From the IMG/VR virus record IMGVR_UViG_3300024346_009227, positions 52,975-116,974 of that record: DNA of 64,000 nucleotides. One strand, 5' to 3'. Within the stretch, counting starts at the first letter, position 1, and every line of letters begins with the position of its first letter. Shown one piece after another: positions 11,901 to 20,900 of the stretch. The notes below the pieces were generated by a model that ran no database searches, had not been told where the DNA came from, and saw nothing but the letters and a program-made list of their open reading frames with translations. Both the position numbers and the translations under genes were made by a program. The DNA is from a virus.

Positions 11901-14900
11901 TTTCATTGCCTCTCTAGTTTTAGCATTTTCAATATTTGCAACATCTAAATTTCTTTTATAATCAATTTTTCTTTGTTTTTTACCATCAACATCTTCTTCT
12001 ACAACTACTGCTTTTGATGAAATAGTTGCATATCCTGGAGAATTACTAACAAGATTTAAAAAATCTTCTGTCGTAAAAAGACCTGGACCGTCTGCTGGAA
12101 ATGTAAAAGAGCTATTAGGACTTCCTAATGTTGGTCTATCTCCAGCTAATTGTTTTAATCCATCATTTGTATATGCTTGGTCTGCAAGTTCATTTCCATT
12201 AATGCTTGGAGCTACCGCAGCAAATTTTGCTAATGCAGCCATAGGATTTGAAAATGCAGTAGTAATTACATCAGTAGCTGCACTAAGTGTAGAAGAAAGA
12301 CTTTTATAAGGAGCAGCTATTCTCAATGCGGTATTTTTGGCAGACATAGAAACTTGACCTTTTCCAGTTGCTGCCTTTATAGTTGCATAAGCACCATCTT
12401 CACCTTCTGCAAAATCAATTCCAGAGAATGGTCTAACAATTTTTTGTGCTTTTCCTTCTTGTTTTTCGGAAAGCTTATCTAATAGATTAAAGTCTTTATT
12501 TCTTCCAATAGCACCTTCTAAGCTCTTTCTGCTTATACCACCAACATTTGCTGCTGCTGCATTAAGAACGCTCAACGCATTTATTTTTCCTTCTTCTATC
12601 GCCCTTACAACTAAAGGTATAGCATCTGGTCCAGCTTGTTTTACTTTTGCATCAACAAAACCCTTAGTGTCTTTTATGTTTGAGTATTGATCAATAAAGT
12701 CAAGAAGACCCTTACCACTTATTGCTAAAGATCTTGTGCTTGCCTGTTGTTTAAAGAAAGAACCAACAATTTCTTTTTGGAATGGAAGTATAAGTTTAGG
12801 ATTATCAAAGTCTTCTTTTGCCAAACTTCCTTTTTGTCCACTGTATAAATTATTGTATTCTTTTAAGCCTAAAGGTATTAATTGATTTGGATCTTTACCA
12901 ATTTCAGCAAATTCTTTTTTGTTTAATTCTTCGCCTTGATTTTTAGCAAAAATACCTTTTAGCTTTACCATTTTGCCAAGTATAGCACTAGCTTGCACTT
13001 CTCTTCTTAAACCTATTTGTGCTAATCTTCCTGCATCGCCCTGTCTCTTTAAGAAAAGCTCGTCTTCTTTTCCCATATCTGTAGCGACAAACTTCTCTCC
13101 AGTTCCTTCTTTTATTTGAGTAAGATAAGCCTTAGAGTCAACATAGCTCTTATCTATTTCTGGTCTATTTTGACCATAAGCATTTCTTAACTTTTCATTA
13201 GATGTTAATCCAATTTGGTTATAGCTTGTTCTTCTTAGCTTTAATATTTCTAATTCTGCTTTTTTCTTAGATTCTAATTCTTTATTCCCTCTTGCTGCAA
13301 GAACCTCATTCTCTGCCATTCTTATCTGCGTATCTATGGGCGTTGTGCCTTCTTCGTTTGCAATGTTGGCAACTATATTTTCTTGTTTCTTTTCTGAAAC
13401 AATGTCTTTCTTTTGTGCTTTTAAATTTGCTATTGTTGCAATATATTGTGGTATTTTAGCATCTATATCAGCATCTATACCTTTATTAGATTCAGCACCA
13501 ATATTTTTAAAGTAATCTGGATTTATTTGAAATTGATCTAAACTTTCTATTTTTTCTGGTATGTTATATTTTTTATTCCAATCAATTATTTTCTTTTCTT
13601 TTAAATAATTTTCTATTAATTCTTTTCTTGTTGGTATTTTCTTTTTTGATTCTTCTTCTAAAAGATTTACATCGGTGTCGGTATGTTTATCCCCATAATT
13701 CTTAATGCCTTTCCATTTTTCTCCACCGCTTTTCCAAGCAAGAGCTTTTTGTTTTTCTGGACCATTCCAAAAATAAGTATCATAAAAATCACCTTGTGAT
13801 CCACTAAAAGCATTTGATTTTTGTGCATCTCCATTGTGAAAAGTTGTAAATAAACCGCCCCTTACATTTTTTGAAAGCTTTGGATAATCATCTTCCTTAA
13901 TTGAATTTGTAGTTAAATCAGAAAAGTGATCTATAAAAGTTCCAGTAATCCTAGCATCTTTATATGCTCGATGTCCTCTTAGATAATTATCTAAATCAAA
14001 TACTCTTGCAACCTTTCTTTGTAATGGTCTAATAAGGCCAAATGCAGAAGTAACTTGTTGAAGTCCAGCACCAATCGTTCTACGCCATGTTGTATCAGAT
14101 GTAGCATCATTATCAAATTTTGCTTTTGTATGATCATCAACTGCATCTGGCCCATAATTTAACATTAAAGGTATAAGTTTTTCTTTAACTTTTTTTGCTT
14201 TATCTTTTTCTAAGTTTTCTGTAGATAAGCCTCCTTTATCACTAATTTCTTTTTTAATGCTTTCATATTCTTTGTTAAGTGTTGTTTTTGCTTCTTGTGA
14301 CGAACCTTCTTTTATTTGAATTTGTTTAAAGTTTGAAAAAATATTTCCAAAATCTTGAAGTGCTTCAAATCCACCATTTTCTTCAATTGTTTTTTTAACA
14401 TTAGGATTTTGAGAAAGTTGTCCACTAGATAAAGACGAAATAACTTCAGATAATATAGACAGAGATGTTTTTTCTCTATCTTCTGGTTTTACTATTGCAG
14501 AAGGAACATTGCTTAATGATGATTTTACAAGTGAGTCGTATTTTCCTTTTATGTTGCTTTTAATTGCTGCTGTTTTTTGTTCATTCGTTGGTCCTACTTG
14601 ATTCCATATATTCATCACTTCTTCTGATGCTTTTATTCTTTTATCTAATACTTCTCCACCTTCTGCTAAATATGATGTTTTTCCACTATTGATAGACTTT
14701 AACAAAGGCAAGTTTTGTTGTGCTGCACTTCTATTTACTACAAATTCTCCTGGTGTTAGCATTGCTGGAACAGTATCAGTTCCTCTTGGAGAAAATGCTT
14801 GACCGCCAATTGCAAATCCAATTGCTTGTGCAGGATTAACATTGGCGTTAACTGGAGCAATACCTTGTTGTTGTGCTGCTAATCCACTAATAGATGCAGA

Positions 14901-17900
14901 CAATCTATTAATATTAGCTGTAGCAGCATCTGCTGCTGCTGTAAGTTTTACTCCAATTCCTTGATTTAATTCACTAACTGCTGTAAGACTAGATTCAAAT
15001 TTTTCTGCATTTATTCCTTGGTCCTCTGCTTTATTTGCAATTTTAACCCCAAGAGAATTTGATCCTCCAAGTTCTTGTTCGGATTTACTTACTTTTTCTC
15101 TTGCATCTTTATTTGTTTGTTGCGTAACATTTTGTACGGCTTTTGTTATTGCATCTTGTATATTTCCACCTTCTGAAACTGTAGCTATTGCTTCTGATTG
15201 AACAGATTTGCTTTCTTTTCCTGATAATCCTATTTTTGATAATATTTCATTTAATGTATCTGATTTTGCAGCAATTTCTTTTGCTGCTTCTGGACCTTGT
15301 TTATTAGAAAATGAACTTCCTATTGATTTTTTAAATTCATCACCCCTTAAAGATTCTCCAACATTTGAATATTTTTTATCTGCTTCTTTTTTTTCTTCTC
15401 TTGCTTTTATTAAACTTGATATTTTTCCTTTGTTTGCTGTAACATCTTTTAGGTTTTCATCAGTTACTCCAGCTTCTCTAAGAAAACCACTTTTTTCTTG
15501 AACATCTTTTATTCTTGCAGACTTTTGAACTTCCCTATTTTTTTCATCTTGAACTTGACTCTTTTCCATGCCAGCAATAAATTTATCTAGGTTTGAATAA
15601 AATGTAGTGTTCTGTTTTGTCAACTGAGAAAAATAATCAGTCTGTAAACTTCTTTGATTTCCAATTAACTCTTGATTTGCTTTTACTTGTTCGTCATATA
15701 CTTTAGCTAATTTTCCAACCAACATATCTTCTTCTGGTTTCTTTTTTCCTAAACCAGTAGTATTACGCACAATATTGTCCGCAATATCTTTTCCAACTGG
15801 ACCAAAACTATCTAAAAATGCAAAAAGTGCCTTGTTTTGTTCAGAACTAAAATTACTTACATTTCCACCTTGAGCTTGTGCTTGTTTAAGTAATCCTTGT
15901 CCTTGAACTCTATCTCTTAATATTTTTTGTCTTTCTTTTGGATCTGCCGTTAAAAACTCTCTTCCTCTTTGAGTTTCATTATCTCTTTCTTGTCTTACTT
16001 GACCAAGCTTGCCTTCCAAAATAGCAAGATTGTTTGATTGATCTGCCAAGTTCTTTAATGACTCTTGCAAATTTGAAGCTTCTGATTTTAATTTAACTAA
16101 CTCAGATGCTGCACCTCTAAATGCAGCCCCACCACCTTCTGCACCAGAAGCATTCTGTACTTTTGGTTCTAACTCCCTAATTCTTTCTTGTGTTCTTTTT
16201 AGATTATCTCCGATTACTCTAGAGTCCTGTGCTTCTGCTCCTTTAGTTCCAGTAAGCCTTTCTTGATTTGTTCTAAAGCCCTGCATTTGTCTATCTACTG
16301 AAATCAAGTTCCCTGCTTGTGATGGCAAACCAGCATTTGTAGCAACAGTCTCTGCTGTAAACTTATCTCTCTGTAGTTTTGCACCTTCTAAGTTTTTAAA
16401 AGATTCGCCAATTTGTTTTTGTCTTTGAGCTAAATTTTCTAAACCACTAATATATTGATTACTTGCATTTTCTAATCTTTGACTTATATCTTTAGCTGCA
16501 TTTAAAAATGGGTCTTTTATATTACCAAGTAGTTTTTCTGCAACCTTAGATACATCGCCACCAGCTTCAGCAAGCAGCTTCGTGTATTCTTGTCCAGATA
16601 CATTTCCAGCAACAGAACTAACAACTCTTTCTGCTCCAGCCCCACTAATACCTTGAGCACTTAAAGCTTCTCTTAAACCAGAGGCTATTTGTATGGCTAT
16701 GTCCTGACCACCAACAGGATCTTCTATTGCACCAGCAAGTAATGACGGCAATGCTTGTGAGGCTGCATTAATTGCATTTCCTTGAGTCTTAAATTCATTG
16801 CCATAAGTTCCAAGTGAATCAGAAAGTTTAGAAACGGCAGAATTAAAAGAATTAAAGTCTGGAGTTGATTTTTGATCAAACTGATTAGAAATTCCAGTTA
16901 CTTTTGTTGATCCAATACCGCCACTAAAAAATGACTCATTTGTGCTTAACCTATTAGAGAAACTTTCTACCGAATTAGCAGCAGCAACAACTGCTTCTGA
17001 TAATAATGCCATAGAATTTATAGATCTTTGATTTACAGTTACTGCTTCTTTTTGAGTTTTTTCTAATTGTGCAGCTTTAAAAGAATCTTTCATTACTTTT
17101 ACAATTTCTTTTTTAACATCATCAAAGCTTACATTTCTTGCATTAGCAATTTTTTGTATTTGTGCATTATTAAATCCACCACCGCCACTAGTTAATTTGG
17201 TATCTAATGATGCTGCAAAATCTTTATAGTCTAATGTTCCAGCATTTCCACCAGCCTGTCTTACTGCACTAGAACCAAGTTGTTCGGCTTGTTTATTTAA
17301 AATATTCGTAAGTGGAACTATTTGTGCAGCACCAGCTTCTTTTTGACTTTTTGAATTTAATTCGTTGAATTTTTTAACATCAAATCCACCAAAACCGCCA
17401 CCAGTAATTCCAGATATTAGTCTGTCAAAACCATTTTTCTCTCCACCAGCTTCAACGAATGCTTTTCCAGCGTTTGCTTCAGTAATAATTTTTTGATTTG
17501 CTGCAATTGATTCGGCAATAGTATCATCAAAAGTTCTTAACCCAGTATTTAATTTATCAAATGTTCCTTGCAATCCTGTTAGTGCAGCACCTAACTTTAC
17601 TTCTCTTATTTGTGCCTCTGCTTCTTTAGTGCCATCAGCATAACCTTTTATTAATCCAACAAATGCACCTAAAGCACCGCCTACAAGAGTACCTACTGGC
17701 CCAAGTGCCGAAAAAGCGGTAGCAGTAGTAGCAGCATATGTTCCAGCTTTTTCAATAGCACCAGCAAATTGAAGTGTGGACCTATAAGCTTCTTGCTGTG
17801 CTTTATCTTCAACAACTACTCCTTGTTCATTTGCTTTTGCAAGAGAAGAAACTTCTGGTGCTCCTGCTCTCATTCCAGAAGCAAGTAAAGATCCACCAAC

Positions 17901-20900
17901 AGCAGCAGTTGTTATTCTATTGGCGTAACCAGATGCTCTATCTTGTTTAAACTGTCTTTCTCCCTCTGCACCAGCTTCAAAATCAGTTCGTTTTGAACCT
18001 ACAAGTCTTTGCCCAAAATCTTTTACCTTACCTTGGAATGTTAAATCGCCACTTTCTTTATAATCTCCACCTTTAATTAATTTTGATCCTAAAGACTTAT
18101 CTCCTGTTAGTTCTCCTTGTTTATTAAAAACTGCCCCTCTTTTTCCTTGAGCAAACTGCTTAGTGTATTGATCAGTCATAGACTGGATTTGCAATTCGCT
18201 AACAGGTTTTACTTCTTTTTGTGCTTTTGCTCTAAGTTGTTTTTCTGTTGCTGCTCTATATTCATTAACTATTCCACTTCTTATATCTTCTCTTTCGCTT
18301 TTTCTAGGGGCTTTACCATCATTTTGTTTAGCGTATTCTTTTTCTCTTTGTTTTGAAATTTGTTTTATTGAATCAGGTGTAGTTATTGGCTTTGTTTGTC
18401 CAATTGGCCTTCCTTTTTCATTTACAATCTCACCCTTTGCATTTACTTGGAATGATCTAGTGGCTTTTTCTCCTGATGCTTTTGCTGCTGCTTTTGCCGT
18501 TTCGGCTTTTTGTATATTTGCTTCTGCATCTTTTATAGATTGTTCTGTTTTTAAAATTTCATTTTGAACATTTAATTGTTTAGTTCCAACAGCAGTAATG
18601 CTATTTTCTATTGCCACTCTATTTTGAGCATTTGTATTTCTATCATTAAGAAGTTTTTGATAATCTTGATTTAACTTTAAAATTTGTGCATCTTCTTTTG
18701 ATGTGTCTACTGCCGTTCTTGCCTTAGTATCTCTTGCGTTTGTTGCTGTAGTCAAAGCACTTTCAGCTTTTGTTATTTTTGCATCTATTGCTTTTGATTT
18801 TAATGGTTTTTCAGCTTCCAATTTTTCTGCTTTCGCCTTATCGATTTCTTCCTGTTCTTTTTTTGTGTTAGGAACTTTGTTGTCTCTTGCAGTAGTAGCT
18901 TGCGTAAGAGCATCTTCTGCTCTCATTATTTTTGTGTCTATGTTTTTTGTTTTTAATGGCTTACTAGCTTTTGCTAATTCGTCTTTTGCTTTATCAATTT
19001 CTTCTTGTTCTTTTTTTGTGTTAGGTCCAGCAGCAGTTTTATCTGCCATCTGTTTTGTCAATACATCTCTTTGTCTTTTTGCTTCTGCTATTTGTGCATT
19101 CACAACTCTAACTGATTCACCAGCATCTAATTTAGATTTTTTTCTTGCTTCTAGAACAGAAATTCTTCCGGTAATATTTCCAACTTTTGCAGTTTCACTT
19201 TTTAAGTTTACTGGCTGTTGAGATTTTAATCTTTTTGCTTCTTCTGCTTCTGCAAGTCTTTGACTCGCTGCATCAATTTTTGCTTGCTTCGCTTCTTGCA
19301 TGTCCTTCTTTTTTTGCTTTAAATCATCGACTTTTTGTTTTGTCGAAACAACTCTTTTATTTTCTTGAGTTAAATCTACTGGTTGAGCTTCTTTTGTGAT
19401 TTTTGCTTGTTCTGCTGCTGCAATTCTTTGATCTGCTGCATCTATTTTTGCTTGTCTAGCCTCTTCCATGTCTTTCTTTTTATCTTTTAATTCATTTACT
19501 TTTGTTTGTGCAGATCCAACCCTTGTATTTTCTTTAGTTAAATCTTGTCCTGCTGCTGCTTTTGCATCTCTAGCAGCTACTATTGCTGTACCCTTTGCCC
19601 TTAATTCTAATTCAGCAGTATATGAAGCATCTGCTGCATCTGTATTCTTCTGAAGTGCTTCCGCTAAACTAGTTGCTTCTTTACCTAAAGTAGATAGTGT
19701 TTTACCAAAACCCTTTAGTTCTGTATTAAAAACACCAATATTTGATTTTTCTGCCGATATGTCTTGATCTGCTCTAGCAACATTTCCAATTGCTTGATTT
19801 GATGTTTGATTTTGAACTTTTATTTCACTTACAATTCTTGTGGCTTCTGCTTTTGCATCTTTTTTTGATATTTCTGGATCTGACTCCATTATTTGATCAA
19901 CTAATGTTAAAAGTATTTTCTTTAAATTGTTTGGGCTATTTAAAAATGTATCACTAACTATACTATTACCAACTTCACCACCTTTTTTAAATTTTGCAAA
20001 ACTATTCATTTGATGAAGTTTATTAGCACCAATTTTCTTTGCTTCGCTAGGGCTATATACATATTCACCTGGCGTGAGTAATGCAGGAACTTTACCACCA
20101 GATGCAAATTTGTGAGCATTAGCTAAATTATCAATGCCTATGCTATTAACTGAAGACTTTTTAATTACAAAAGAACCTTCGTCTAAATCCATTGGAACTG
20201 TGTCAGAATTGCCAGTTCCTGGTACTAATCCACCAGAAGCAAAACCCCTAGCTTTTTTTCTTTCTTCCATCATTTCTTTTGTGATTGCTACTGATTTTCC
20301 TAAAGTTGGATCTAATGCTAATGCAGGAAGTGGCTTGTATATATCTTCACTATATTTTTTAGATTCTTTGGTCTTTTTAGATGGTTTCCTTACCATTATT
20401 GGTGGGGCATCTCCTTTGCCTATGCTTTTACTAAATTTTCTTTCACGACTACGAGATTCCCTATTTGTCTCTTCTATTGATGCCTTTTTTATACCAAAAA
20501 TATCATTTCTTTTTTGTTCGAGATATTCGCCCCAAGATCTTTCTGGTGCAATTCTCCGAATATTTGTATTTATTGGTGTGATACCATCATTCATTAAAGA
20601 CAATTTTCTTAGTGCTTCCTCTTTATCTCTAGCGGGAATACTTCCTTTTTTACCCTGTTCGTCTTGATAAGAAAATCTAGCCAAACCTTTATTTTTTTCA
20701 TCTTCTGATTTTCTTGATTTTTCATACATCATACCGCCAACTGCTCCAGCACCAAATCCTAAAGTGCCACCAATAAATGCCCCCGGAATACCACCAAGAA
20801 GAGCACCACCAACAGCACCAGTAATACCTCCAGCAATAGCACCAGCGGGTCCAGCCAAAATTCCTTTAGCATCTCTTTCTTGTCTTTCTGATTCTTCTAT

